A stretch of DNA of 46,650 bases from Patescibacteria group bacterium (GCA_038063315.1 JBBTVI010000006.1:1-46650), one strand, 5' to 3'; positions 17,816-28,411 are shown, numbered from the stretch's first letter. Notes: a model not told the origin generated them from the letters alone. Program-made: numbers and translations.

Positions 17816-18298
17816 TTAGACGGAATTCGCCGGCAACACGGAGTTGCTCCGGCCGCGCCCACGCCACATCAGGAAACCCGCCGCAAGCGGAAGCAAAAGC
17901 ACGAGTGTATTGAACATAAAATGGAGATAGACGCCGTCAAAATACTTCCCCAAAATTCCGGGGCACGGCTCGCACGCTGTCCGAACATGCTGGACGATTT
18001 TAACGGTATGCTCAAAAACGTGATAGCTCTGAATGATAACCGTACTATCGAGCAGTCGCGAACGCAGTCCATTTTTTCGCCACAACCACCACGCGGCCCC
18101 GAGCAACAAAAGATACCCTGTGTTGAACACAAAATGATTCCATTCCAAATCCAGAAAAAAGAGAATACCGTGCGATGCCTTCGCGGGCAATCCCAGCCAC
18201 CAATGCTGGTATACTTGCGCAATGTGTTCGATCCAATGAAGAATTTGATAAGCGAGAGCGCCTGCAAAGAGATATGCGGCGAATTTCGATACGCGCAT
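17816..18298 (-). CDS. His-rich four-helix membrane protein
   Basis: HWIEH and HVFEH motifs, NHFVFN and LHFMFN, CEPC. Confidence 0.75.
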   Translation of the reverse strand: MRVSKFAAYLFAGALAYQILHWIEHIAQVYQHWWLGLPAKASHGILFFLDLEWNHFVFNTGYLLLLGAAWWLWRKNGLRSRLLDSTVIIQSYHVFEHTVKIVQHVRTACEPCPGILGKYFDGVYLHFMFNTLVLLLPLAAGFLMWRGRGRSNSVLPANSV

Positions 18299-18310
18299 AA
18301 AAGGCCATCC

Positions 18311-18889
18311 TTAATTGTTTATCATCGGAGAGGAAATCGGAGAAGGCGGTGGAACTGCTGATCCCCGCTTGTATTTTTTGAATTGAAAGAAACCGCCGAC
18401 GAATCCGAGGAGGGTGAAGAGAAGGCCGATGCCCGCAACCATAAAACTGCTCCACCCGGCCCCCGACTCGAGCACGGATTTCGCCGGGTCATCGGGGTCG
18501 TAAAACACGCGGACCTGCTTCCCCACGGGATATCGGCTCACGATCCCGCGGCCGTAACTCGGATCGCTCGTGCTATACTGCCCGAAGTGCACTGTGCTTC
18601 CGGTATGCGCGGCGCCATTGACCGTATAATCATACGCAATGCTCGCGCCATAAGTAACGCTCCCGTCATCGCGGTCCTGATTGGTCGTGAAATTGGATAC
18701 CGTGATAACACCGTCCACTGTTGGCCACCCTTTACTCTCAAAGGCATTCGTGGCCATGGGGATCCCCAGAAAAATAGTCAAGAGCGCGCCCACGATACCC
18801 ATGATAAACAGCGCGATCGTCGCCTTGCCCGGGGTTAACTGATGAACTTGCGGCTGAGGACTATACGACAAACGAAATGGTAATGCCAT
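18311..18889 (-). CDS. DUF3592-family membrane protein
   Basis: TM - SKGWPTVDGVI...YDYTVNG...YPVGKQVRVFYDPDDPAKSVLE - TM. Confidence 0.85.
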   Translation of the reverse strand: MALPFRLSYSPQPQVHQLTPGKATIALFIMGIVGALLTIFLGIPMATNAFESKGWPTVDGVITVSNFTTNQDRDDGSVTYGASIAYDYTVNGAAHTGSTVHFGQYSTSDPSYGRGIVSRYPVGKQVRVFYDPDDPAKSVLESGAGWSSFMVAGIGLLFTLLGFVGGFFQFKKYKRGSAVPPPSPISSPMINN

Positions 18890-18957
18890 AGTTATTTTGC
18901 TGTGAATTATGAAACGCGCCAAGCGGCGTTTCGTGGTTCACGGCGCTTAAAACGAAA

Positions 18958-21900
18958 TCATTTAGTGATCCAAAACCGCGGAGTCGCATCCATCATCGCA
19001 ATGTACGACACTTTTGCGAACGCCACGGAGTCAAAAACCGTCGTGTTGACTGCCACATTCGCGACATATTTCTTTGTAGAATCCAGCTCCGGACCGTTAT
19101 AGGTTGTTGCGGCCGTCGGCGCTCCGACGCGACTATAGACCCACTTGTAATAGACGTAGCTATACGACCCTTCGGGCATCACATACACCAAGAAAGGCAT
19201 CTGTGATACGCCAGAGGGCCAACCGCTTAACGCCACAGTCCACTCAAACGCGAGCGTCGTTGACGCAACGGGAGATTGCGCCTCTGTCGGACTCAGAATC
19301 GTTGTCCTCTCAAGCGCAAACTGCTTCAAGATCGGCGTTATCGCACTTTCCGCGCCGTCGCCTCCGATCGCCGCGACATAATAATCGTATTCTCCGACCG
19401 GAAACGCGGAAGACGTTGATGCGACTTTAAGAGACGATTGCCAGTAACGATAAGTTGTGCCGCAATTAAAGTACAAACTCCACAAGGAATCCGCAGGGCT
19501 GTAGTTCACTCCGCAGGTCTCCGCGACACCGGTAAACATACCCGCTGCGCTAAACGCGGCATCCCCGGGCTTTTTCTGATAGAGCTTGAAGCTTGTGACG
19601 TCGGCGGGCTTACCATTGGCGTAGCCAAATCGCACATATTGCGAATACGTCGGACTCGACCCACTTCCGCCGCTCCAATATGCGCCGGTGTCGGGCTTCA
19701 CCTCGATGCTTAACTCCTTTGTCGCGGCTCCGCCGAGGTAATCCGTCACTCCGACCGTAAATTTGAAAATCCCCTGCTGACTGGTCCAGCCGTATATCCT
19801 TCCGGAAGAATCCACGTAGAAACCTTGCGGCAACGCGCCGGAGATCAAACTCCATTTGTACGGCGCAAGTCCCCCTGCGGCAGCCAGTGTCGCGGCGTAC
19901 GATGTCCAAATCATTGCTGCGGGTAAACTCTCCGTGCTGATGCTCACGGGCGGAGGCGGAACGTATTGGTCGAACCAAAACGTCGCAGTGCCTGCGCTCA
20001 TCGCCATATGTTCGGTGCGCTGTGCCGATGTCGAATCAACGACACCGCGACGATAGCTTGCATGCGCCGTGTATTTTTTCGTCGGGTCCAGCGTCGGACC
20101 GTCGTATGTTCGGAATCCCACAGTATCGGTCGGCGCAGAAAGTCCCCACATCTGATGCACTTGTTTGCCCGTATATGCTTCCTGGATGACGACGCGGTAT
20201 GGTTTCTCAAGCATTGGCGGCCAATCTTTTGGAATGGTCCAACGGATTGTCGGCGCGCCAGACGATGATATCGGCGCATCGGCCGCCGTGGGATACGTGA
20301 TGGACGTCGGCTCCAATGCCCGTAGCATCCACCGCGCGAGAACGACCTCCCCGCCCGCGCTATCCGCCGCGCGGAACTCATAGCGATATTCCCCCGCGGG
20401 AAATTCCGATGCCGGAACATAGGTCGAATACTGCAGGGACCATTGCGGATTGGGATACCACGAAGAGCAGCTGAGATACAAATACCACTTACCCGATGAG
20501 ATGCTTTGATAACAGGCCGGACTCGCAAATGTGCCGACAAGCGTCAAAGACGTCTCGCCCGGGTTTTGCCGGTAGAGCCGGAATGTCAGCGCTCCGGGAT
20601 TGGACGATGTCGCATACTGAAACGATAGAGACGGGCTGTACTTTGCGCCGCTATTTTCGCTCCAACTGGCGTTTTGTTTGCCGAGGATGAGAAATGCATC
20701 GCTCTCGCCGTACACCGCCGGATTATTTACATCGGAAATGCGGATATAGTAGTCGTTGCCCGCAGGCAAGTCCTGATGAACCAGCCAGTTGTAGGAGTAA
20801 CGGCCGGATTCTGCTCCTTGCGCAAACCCTGCGATTTTGCGCACAAAACGCCCGGCCTGGTACAGATCAAGCACAACGGAGTTTCCGGTAATGCCGAAGC
20901 TGTCCCACGAGACAGTGTAGGTGCTGCCCGGATACATCTCGACTCTCGCCTGCGGGTCAATCACTTTTATTGCCGCAACCTGGACGCCTTCCGTGGTGCG
21001 GACATCAAAACGGAGGGAATAATTGGGAACATAGTACGGATAGGTATTCGTCCGCGTGACGCCATTGACTTGTTGTGAATCTCGTGCGCGAAACACGGTA
21101 TCATACACGCCGGCTTCTGTCGGCGCGCCAGACAGCGCTCCCGTGGATGACAATGTGACGCCGGGCGGCAAATTTCCGGCGAGCATACTCCACGTATAGG
21201 GCGCAACACCGTTCCACGCATATGCTGCTCCGGAAACCGGAGTGCCGACTTTCAAGATTTGCGGAGAGTATGACGCCGACGCATCAATCGAATACGGTTC
21301 CCATTGCGGCGTTTGATTGAACAACGACAAGGTTTTCGACCCAACACCCGGGCTCGCAGGGAGATTGAGCAACGGAGAATAATAGACATTGCCCGGTTTA
21401 TCTTCTAAACGCACCCAGACATCGAGCGCCTGCGGAATCGCTTTCCATGCGTCGTGCGTATGACGGTACTGCGATCCGGTCCACAAATTCGTGGTTGATT
21501 GCCCGGTTTGGGCATTGCGATAGTTCAGACCATACTTCACGGGCATATCGGAAATAACGTAACTCCTGTCTACAACGGGCCAGAAAGGAATCTCGCCCAT
21601 ATCGATTTCTCCGGACGACACCGGAAAAGTAATATATCCTTTGTTTATGAAAGGAAAGAAATGGATATACGCATAAAGACCGTAGGCGTTGGAGTATATG
21701 TAGAACGATCCGTAGCTATGCCCGGTCGGATGCATCCAGAAGCTGTGCCCGCGCGACAAAAGAATGTCGGATGTTGTGGCTGTAATGTTGAATTCGCCGT
21801 TGGCATTCGTCCAATTATTGTACCAATTATATGATCCGTCCCAAGTGCCTATTGTTGTCGTGGCGAGCGGGACTTGAGTGAGATAATCGAACAACCTGCC

Positions 21901-24900
21901 TCTTACGGTCAAACGGGAGGGATATTGAACCACCGTAAATTTGCCGCTAAAGCCGCGCACCGATGGATTTCCGGCGTCAACAACTTCCACCGTATAATCC
22001 GTGCCAAAGGGAAGATCGCCCGGAATTGCGACTTTACGCCAAAACCAGCCGGTGGAATACGCGGTGCCGCCGTAGTAGAGCTGCGGGACATTGGACGCCA
22101 AACTCCGGTAGAAAAATCCTCCTTTCCACAGATTAATGCTGACCGCTTTTGACGGGACATTGACGCCATAGTAATAGACCGGGCCGTCAAAGCCGGCATA
22201 CCAAATGCTACTCGCGTAGGGTTCATACACCTTGATTGCGGACGAGGCGGCGACAATCGAAAACGGGCCATCACTCGTATCGTTTTGCGCGGGCAAGGCA
22301 ACGTCCGACACTTTCATTTTGTAATCCGCGCCTTCCGGAATGTCGTCCGGAATCACCCAGTTGGTGATGAACGCGCCGGTTTCCGCGCTTTGCGCGAACG
22401 ACGGATAAACCGTCCGATACGGCGCGTCGTTTTTCAAAAGCTCGATTTTGACCGCTTTGCTTTTGAGATCAATGGTGGCCCAGCAGACGATGAAGGCCGA
22501 ATTTTTTGAGCCGATCTCGCCGCCGTTCGGCACCACCACGGTCAACGCGGCGGACGGACTAATGGTGAACGCGCGGTCGGACACGTCCCAGTTGCCGGGG
22601 GTATTATCCACATCATTCCAGATAGTCAGCGCTCCCAGTTCATCTTCCGACAGCGCCATGATTTTGTAGCGCCCGGGGCTCACGGTCGTACAGACCGTCC
22701 CGTCCGCGCTGCAGACGGTCTTTACGTTCCAATTGACTGTGCTATTTGGTGCCGAGGAGGTCGCGATCCAGCCGACGATAAACTCACCCGGATCAGACCC
22801 GACCGCGGCGGCCTCTTCCACCAAAACGACATCAACGCGATCCGTGCCGCCGATCCAACTGAGAGTGAAATCAACTCCCTGCACCAGATTCTCTCCGCCG
22901 TTCGGAAAAATAACCGTCACGGGAGTGATCGTCTGAATGAGCAAAAAGGAAACCGCGTTTGATGTTCCGTTCGCATTCGACACCGACACACTGCACGCTG
23001 CGCCGATTTTACACGAGGTCCCGATCGGAACGGTAAACGTCAGGGTCTTTCCGTCTGCGGACGCGAGATTCGTCGCCGCCATCGCACCCGCAAAAGAAAC
23101 GGAGTTTCCCGTCGCGGTAAATCCGGATCCGGTGATTGTCACGACTGTGCCGACTATTCCTTTAATCGGCGCGAGCACAGTGATCACCGGTTTTGGCGGA
23201 GACGCGACGCCGAAAGAAATCGCAAAGTCGTCTCCATTGGCGTTGCCCATGACATCGGCGCACCGCACATAATAGTTGTACGATTTTCCCGTCTCAAATC
23301 CGCTCACGTTTGACGAATGAGTTGTTGACGCCGTTGTCGCAAATGAGAGCGTCATCGAGGAATAACTCGTTCCGGCAGTCAACGCGTATTTGCACGTTGC
23401 GGTTTCATCGGTCGTGAGCGAAAGCGTTGCTTCTTTAGTCGTATACGCCTGCTCGCCCGTCGGCAGACCGCCGAAGCGCGTCGGCGGCGTCTTGTCGGAA
23501 AGGGCCGCACCGGTCCAGAAGGTCGTCGCGTCAACAGGCATAGCGCCATACACATCCAGGCTCAGTGAATCCTGATTAAAGATGTTCCGGCCGGTGTAGA
23601 CAAAGGTGATATATTTTTTCGTGAGATCAAATGCCGGGCCGTCGTAGACAACCGACGTCGTGGTTGCACCCGTCGGCACGGAATAAACATATTTTTTCCA
23701 GTAGGGACGCTGCATATCGCCCCCTCCCTCGACAAAGACGCTCATGCCGTAGGTGTCGTAGAGAGATCCGTTGGGCCAGTTGGTGAGCGTCCAGGTGAAT
23801 GTCGGGGTCTCGGGAGCGAGCGCCTGATCCGCCGGACTCAACACCTGCATCCTGGGCATTGCGTACTTTCGCAGTATTTTCAACGGAGCGCGCGTTTGTC
23901 CTGAAGGGGGAATAATGGTCTCCTGTCCTCCGGCGTCCACTGCGGCGATATAATACTCATAGGTGCCGACGGGATAAAAAGAAGACGGGAAGTTGGTGTT
24001 GCGTCCTATGGACCACGTATCCAGCGTCTTCGTCAAAGGATCAGAATAGCCGCATGTGAAGAAAAGTGTCCAGTCGCCGACACTCCAGCTGCGGCATGTC
24101 GGCAGAGATGGGATAGGAAACGTCACCAACGCCTGAAACGCGCTGTCTCCGGGACGTTTTTCATACAGGCGTAACGACGCGGCAGTCGGGTACACAGACG
24201 GGAGAAAGTAAAAACTCACGTTATCCTGAAACACTCCCGGCGGCCACTTCTCTGTCCATGTGGCGGCGGCGTTCAGATAGCCCACCCTGAACGGCCCGTC
24301 GCTCGCATCCTTTATCGCCGGATCAGTCGCGTCAGCGACTTCTATGGTGAAGCCGGTCTGATTTTGAATTGAGGCGGGCACATTCCACTCAAAAGTGAAT
24401 GTTCCGCTCTCCGTGCCTAATAAGAATTGTCCGGACAATGTGGTGTGGAGTACGCCGTCTTTCAGGAGCCGCACGGATACCGATCTCGAAGCAATGCTCG
24501 CCGTGCTCCATGAAATCTTGACCGCTTCATTAACCGTCAGGAGTTCCCCGCCATTCGGATAAACAACAGTTATCGTGGGTGTTGCAGGAGGCGGAGTAAC
24601 ATTCGGCTCAGGCACAGGAGGTGGCGGAGGAGGTGGAAGGGGTGGTGGGGGTGACGTCGTATCCACGCCCGGGGGAATGAGCAAAAATTCAGTCAGCTTA
24701 AACGGCTTGGCATTGGAGATACCGTTTGCGTTGACGACTTTCACCGGACAGGCCTTTTGTGAGCCCACAGGGCACGGGATATCCGACGTCAAAAGAAAAT
24801 CGATCTGCGTGTTATTGTCATACGATTTGAGACCGGTCGCAACGATTTTTCCGCGCACCATGATGAAATTTTCTTCATCGGTAAATCCTTTGCCGGTGAG

Positions 24901-26034
24901 CGTAACAGTGATGCCGACGGAACCCGACGAGGGCGTTACGTCAGTGATTTTCGGCGGCTTTTTCTTCTCGCCGGCGATCAAAAGCAGATTCAAAACCTCT
25001 TTGGTCTTCTCGTCAATCTCGCCGGTTTCTTTCAATCCGACTTTCCTTTGGAATTTTTTGACGGCCTGCTCGGTTTCGACGCCGTAAAACCCGCTTGCAC
25101 GACCATTGGGATAGATGTCCGGAAACATTCCCAGAAATTCTTGCACTTTCTCAACGTTCTTTCCTGAAGATCCCCGCGTTACGGCCTCGTCAATCTCCAC
25201 ATTGCGATACGGATGGACGCGGGCCTCATCGGTTTCCAACCGTATCGGCCTTTTCGATTCAGCGGTCAGTTCCGCGAGTTTGGCGCGCGTTTTCGGACCC
25301 ACAACGCCGGCCGGTTCAATCCCGTGCTTTTCCTGAAATCGCCGCACTGCGGCGTCCGTCCGCGCTCCGAAATACCCGGTCTCCAATCCTTCGGGATAAA
25401 TATCCGGAAATTGCTTCAGGAATCCCTGCAATTGCCGCACGTCGTCTCCGGATGAACCGAGTCGAAGCGTCCGCTCTAATCGAAGCCCAACCGCTACGTC
25501 CGGAGCTGGCTGCCCGGGCCGCTCACCTTGCGTTGTTGTGCGCAGTTGCAACACTTTGTCTTGCAGGACTCTGATTTTCTCGCGTACGTCTTCAATAATG
25601 ATGGTCTGCTCCTCAATGGAATACGGGGCAATATCGGGCGTGGCGGGTGTCGCCAGCCCCGCAACAGGAGCAGGCGGTGTGACGGCGGATGGCGGCGTGG
25701 AGAGCGAAGGTTCAACCTGCGGTGGCGTCGGAGAAGGTAACGGCGTAGGGGCTGCCTGATACGTCGCAGGCGGCGGAGGCGTCACTTGAATCGAAGGCGG
25801 CGCCAACGTTGGAGCCGGCGGAGGAGCGATGGGCCGTTTTTTTACCTGCCCCGGCGCCTCGTCCGGTTTTGCCGCAAGGAGCGACGCGACCGCCTGCTGA
25901 AGCGACGCCAACTGCGCCTGTAACTGCTGAATCATGTGCGCGTCCGAGTGATCCGCGAATGCGATCACGGGCACAAAAATAACGCTTACAAAAAGAGAAA
26001 GCGCCAATGCAATGGATGAGAAAAATTTTTTCAT
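18958..26034 (-). CDS. Giant secreted surface protein (2358 aa): 2 peptidoglycan-binding, IPT/TIG, PNGGE Ig-like and He_PIG-like domains plus 3 copies of an unknown module
   Basis: Signal peptide ending AFA; LRLGSSGDDVRQLQ...TDAAVRRFQ; VTLTGKGFT; GGLAPYKWSLISGALP; uninterrupted 7-kb ORF. Confidence 0.9.
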   Translation of the reverse strand: MKKFFSSIALALSLFVSVIFVPVIAFADHSDAHMIQQLQAQLASLQQAVASLLAAKPDEAPGQVKKRPIAPPPAPTLAPPSIQVTPPPPATYQAAPTPLPSPTPPQVEPSLSTPPSAVTPPAPVAGLATPATPDIAPYSIEEQTIIIEDVREKIRVLQDKVLQLRTTTQGERPGQPAPDVAVGLRLERTLRLGSSGDDVRQLQGFLKQFPDIYPEGLETGYFGARTDAAVRRFQEKHGIEPAGVVGPKTRAKLAELTAESKRPIRLETDEARVHPYRNVEIDEAVTRGSSGKNVEKVQEFLGMFPDIYPNGRASGFYGVETEQAVKKFQRKVGLKETGEIDEKTKEVLNLLLIAGEKKKPPKITDVTPSSGSVGITVTLTGKGFTDEENFIMVRGKIVATGLKSYDNNTQIDFLLTSDIPCPVGSQKACPVKVVNANGISNAKPFKLTEFLLIPPGVDTTSPPPPLPPPPPPPVPEPNVTPPPATPTITVVYPNGGELLTVNEAVKISWSTASIASRSVSVRLLKDGVLHTTLSGQFLLGTESGTFTFEWNVPASIQNQTGFTIEVADATDPAIKDASDGPFRVGYLNAAATWTEKWPPGVFQDNVSFYFLPSVYPTAASLRLYEKRPGDSAFQALVTFPIPSLPTCRSWSVGDWTLFFTCGYSDPLTKTLDTWSIGRNTNFPSSFYPVGTYEYYIAAVDAGGQETIIPPSGQTRAPLKILRKYAMPRMQVLSPADQALAPETPTFTWTLTNWPNGSLYDTYGMSVFVEGGGDMQRPYWKKYVYSVPTGATTTSVVYDGPAFDLTKKYITFVYTGRNIFNQDSLSLDVYGAMPVDATTFWTGAALSDKTPPTRFGGLPTGEQAYTTKEATLSLTTDETATCKYALTAGTSYSSMTLSFATTASTTHSSNVSGFETGKSYNYYVRCADVMGNANGDDFAISFGVASPPKPVITVLAPIKGIVGTVVTITGSGFTATGNSVSFAGAMAATNLASADGKTLTFTVPIGTSCKIGAACSVSVSNANGTSNAVSFLLIQTITPVTVIFPNGGENLVQGVDFTLSWIGGTDRVDVVLVEEAAAVGSDPGEFIVGWIATSSAPNSTVNWNVKTVCSADGTVCTTVSPGRYKIMALSEDELGALTIWNDVDNTPGNWDVSDRAFTISPSAALTVVVPNGGEIGSKNSAFIVCWATIDLKSKAVKIELLKNDAPYRTVYPSFAQSAETGAFITNWVIPDDIPEGADYKMKVSDVALPAQNDTSDGPFSIVAASSAIKVYEPYASSIWYAGFDGPVYYYGVNVPSKAVSINLWKGGFFYRSLASNVPQLYYGGTAYSTGWFWRKVAIPGDLPFGTDYTVEVVDAGNPSVRGFSGKFTVVQYPSRLTVRGRLFDYLTQVPLATTTIGTWDGSYNWYNNWTNANGEFNITATTSDILLSRGHSFWMHPTGHSYGSFYIYSNAYGLYAYIHFFPFINKGYITFPVSSGEIDMGEIPFWPVVDRSYVISDMPVKYGLNYRNAQTGQSTTNLWTGSQYRHTHDAWKAIPQALDVWVRLEDKPGNVYYSPLLNLPASPGVGSKTLSLFNQTPQWEPYSIDASASYSPQILKVGTPVSGAAYAWNGVAPYTWSMLAGNLPPGVTLSSTGALSGAPTEAGVYDTVFRARDSQQVNGVTRTNTYPYYVPNYSLRFDVRTTEGVQVAAIKVIDPQARVEMYPGSTYTVSWDSFGITGNSVVLDLYQAGRFVRKIAGFAQGAESGRYSYNWLVHQDLPAGNDYYIRISDVNNPAVYGESDAFLILGKQNASWSENSGAKYSPSLSFQYATSSNPGALTFRLYRQNPGETSLTLVGTFASPACYQSISSGKWYLYLSCSSWYPNPQWSLQYSTYVPASEFPAGEYRYEFRAADSAGGEVVLARWMLRALEPTSITYPTAADAPISSSGAPTIRWTIPKDWPPMLEKPYRVVIQEAYTGKQVHQMWGLSAPTDTVGFRTYDGPTLDPTKKYTAHASYRRGVVDSTSAQRTEHMAMSAGTATFWFDQYVPPPPVSISTESLPAAMIWTSYAATLAAAGGLAPYKWSLISGALPQGFYVDSSGRIYGWTSQQGIFKFTVGVTDYLGGAATKELSIEVKPDTGAYWSGGSGSSPTYSQYVRFGYANGKPADVTSFKLYQKKPGDAAFSAAGMFTGVAETCGVNYSPADSLWSLYFNCGTTYRYWQSSLKVASTSSAFPVGEYDYYVAAIGGDGAESAITPILKQFALERTTILSPTEAQSPVASTTLAFEWTVALSGWPSGVSQMPFLVYVMPEGSYSYVYYKWVYSRVGAPTAATTYNGPELDSTKKYVANVAVNTTVFDSVAFAKVSYIAMMDATPRFWITK

Positions 26035-26042
26035 ATACTTCT

Positions 26043-26048
26043 ATTATA
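26043..26048 (-). promoter_or_regulatory. -10 element TATAAT 8 nt upstream of the ATG at 26034
   Basis: Consensus hexamer with near-leaderless spacing. Confidence 0.5.
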
Positions 26049-26091
26049 TGCCACCCCCCCCAACATAAACAGAGAAGGTTTTCCACACCAT

Positions 26092-27330
26092 CTACGCCTT
26101 CAAGATCCGCATCGCTTGTTCAACCCCCTTCCCCAGTCGTTCCACATCCTCCGGCGTATTATAAACCCAGAAACTGACGCGGGCCGTTGCGGGAACGCCG
26201 AGATAATCGTGTAACGGAATGGCGCAGTGATGTCCGGCGCGGATGCAGATATTGTCGCGATCAAGAATCGTCGCAAGATCGTGCGGATGGATGCCGTCAA
26301 TGGCAAAACTGATCACGCCGCTCCGATCCTTCATATCTGACGGGCCGAAGATTTTGATTCCTGGGACGGCGCGTAAAAAATGGAGCGCACGGGACGCAAG
26401 ATCCTCCTCAAGGGCGCGAATCTTCTCAAATCCGATCGTCTGTATGTATCCGATGGCCGCCGCAAGCCCGACGGCTCCTTCACCGTTGGGCGTGCCGCCC
26501 TCCAGACGATCCGGCAAATCCTTCCAACGGATACCGTTCTCCGTCACCTTCGCCACCATTCCCCCGCCACGGATAAACGGTCCAAATCGCTCGAGCAATT
26601 CCTCGCGGCCGTAGAGCACGCCGATACCCATGGGTGCGCCGAGTTTGTAACCGGAAAACGCCAGGACATCGCAGCCGATGTTCTCTACGTCAATCGGGAG
26701 ATGCGCTGCGCTTTGCGCCGCATCAATAAGGAACAAAACGCCGCGGTCACGCAGGAGCCGGGCGATCTCGCGCACCGGATGAATGGACCCAAGCACATTG
26801 GAGACCTGCGCCGCGACAAACAATTTTGTCTGCGGTTTAAGCGCGCGCTCCACGGCCTCAACCGTCAAGAATCCCTCCTCATTCATATCCACCGTATCAA
26901 CGAAGACGCCGCGCTCATCGGCGAGCATCCGCCAGGGCAGCATATTGGAGTGATGCTCGGCGCGCGGAACCAAAATGCGATCTCCGGCTTTTAAGATGCT
27001 CCGTCCGAGAGAGTAGGCCACAAGATTAATGCTCTCGGTGGTGTTCCGTGTAAAAATAATCTCGCGCGTGCTCCGCGCATTGATAAACCGCCGCACGGTC
27101 TCGCGGGCGTCCTCGTATGCCTCGGTGGCCCGGCCCGAGAGCGCATACATGCCGCGATGGACATTGGCGCGCGACGTCTCCCAAAAATTCCGCACCGCGT
27201 CCATCACAACTCCGGGCATCTGGGCGCAGGCCGCGGTATCCAAATAAATCAGGGGCGTCTCCCGCTTTTCAAAATGGGCGAAGATCGGGAAATCCTCTCG
27301 GTAATTTTTAGAACGATGGATGCTTGACAT
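26092..27330 (-). CDS. sufS: SufS-type (class II) cysteine desulfurase
   Basis: LIYLDTAA, FTRNTTESIN, EHHSN, IDAAQS, FSGYKLG, IRAGHHCA. Confidence 0.93.
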   Translation of the reverse strand: MSSIHRSKNYREDFPIFAHFEKRETPLIYLDTAACAQMPGVVMDAVRNFWETSRANVHRGMYALSGRATEAYEDARETVRRFINARSTREIIFTRNTTESINLVAYSLGRSILKAGDRILVPRAEHHSNMLPWRMLADERGVFVDTVDMNEEGFLTVEAVERALKPQTKLFVAAQVSNVLGSIHPVREIARLLRDRGVLFLIDAAQSAAHLPIDVENIGCDVLAFSGYKLGAPMGIGVLYGREELLERFGPFIRGGGMVAKVTENGIRWKDLPDRLEGGTPNGEGAVGLAAAIGYIQTIGFEKIRALEEDLASRALHFLRAVPGIKIFGPSDMKDRSGVISFAIDGIHPHDLATILDRDNICIRAGHHCAIPLHDYLGVPATARVSFWVYNTPEDVERLGKGVEQAMRILKA

Positions 27331-27441
27331 AAAAAGTGTATTTTGCTACTAATATATTCAGATCTTCCCATCTTCCCACAACCGATCTACGCAACGGACC
27401 GACCCTCTGAAAGGGGTCACACAAAAAGAAAGTGGAACCCA

Positions 27442-27852
27442 ATGGCTGCCACGCTTAAGGCCAACGAAATGCCGCAATCCGCGCCGGAAAACACAAGCCA
27501 ACAAACCCATCGTTGCATCGAGACCAAAAGTGTCGATTTTAACGGGGGACAGGACACCATCACATTATCATTATACAGCAATGGAGATATCAAGGCCCGC
27601 CATAGTTGCTGGGAGTCGCATCATGGAATTGGCATCGACATCCCGGAAATGGCTATCCGAAGACTCCGATCAGGATTTCGCCATTACGACAAGCCCCTCC
27701 ATCGCAACATACGTCTTGCATGCACTGCCTGTTTTTGGAGCATAGACGTTGCGCTGTACGCTCCTCTCCTACAAACAACAGGACAAGCCGGAATCCAAGA
27801 TTACGACTTTACTGAACTCAAAGCGGCTCTCTATGCATTGTCAGACCGCTGA
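27442..27852 (+). CDS. Hypothetical protein, antisense between sufD and sufS
   Basis: Fills a ~490-bp gap and contains CTAC. Start uncertain; the 3' end overlaps sufD by 35 nt. Confidence 0.5.
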   Translation: MAATLKANEMPQSAPENTSQQTHRCIETKSVDFNGGQDTITLSLYSNGDIKARHSCWESHHGIGIDIPEMAIRRLRSGFRHYDKPLHRNIRLACTACFWSIDVALYAPLLQTTGQAGIQDYDFTELKAALYALSDR

Positions 27853-28411
27853 GATCTCCAAAAAACCCGTTCAACACGACGCGCTCGGCGTCGTGTTTTT
27901 TCATGCCTCGGCTTTGGAGATAAAAGAGCGTCTCCGGATCAATCCGCCCGATGCTTGAACCATGAGACGCCTTGACCGCGTCGGTCTTTATTTCCAGATA
28001 CGGATAAATTTCCGCGCGCGCTTTTTCTGACAACAAAAGCGCTTTTGCCGAAAGATAGGAATCCGCGCCAATGCCGCCTTTCTTTATATCAAGCAATCCG
28101 CGAAACGTAAATCGCGCCTCATCGTAAAGCGCGGCGCGCGCGGTCACACGAGCATACGTCTCCGGCGCTTCATGCATCACCGTAATATCCATGTCGGTTG
28201 CGTCTTGCCCCTTGCCCAAATATGCAATCACTAAATCGACGCGCGTCCGCGGCGCAATAAGACGAATGGCAAGACGCACTGCGCGAGGTAGTCGTTCCGT
28301 GAAAATCGCGGTCCCGCTCCATTCTTTTCCCGGTTCCGCGAGCACGATTTCCTCATTCCATTCGTCGCCTAAATTTTTAGAATCAATAATCACACCTGAA
28401 TTACGAATCAT
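27818..28411 (-). CDS. sufD: Short SufD (C-terminal beta-helix part)
   Basis: KALLLSEKARAEIYPYLEI...VKASHGSSIGRID...LFYLQSRG. Start ATG 28411 or GTG 28393. Confidence 0.85.
   Translation of the reverse strand: MIRNSGVIIDSKNLGDEWNEEIVLAEPGKEWSGTAIFTERLPRAVRLAIRLIAPRTRVDLVIAYLGKGQDATDMDITVMHEAPETYARVTARAALYDEARFTFRGLLDIKKGGIGADSYLSAKALLLSEKARAEIYPYLEIKTDAVKASHGSSIGRIDPETLFYLQSRGMKKHDAERVVLNGFFGDLSGLTMHREPL

Noticed and set aside
24575-24660. GGA/GGT-rich tracts here and at ~42758-42788 as DNA repeat elements
   Set aside because: They are explained by poly-proline linkers in the minus-strand proteins.
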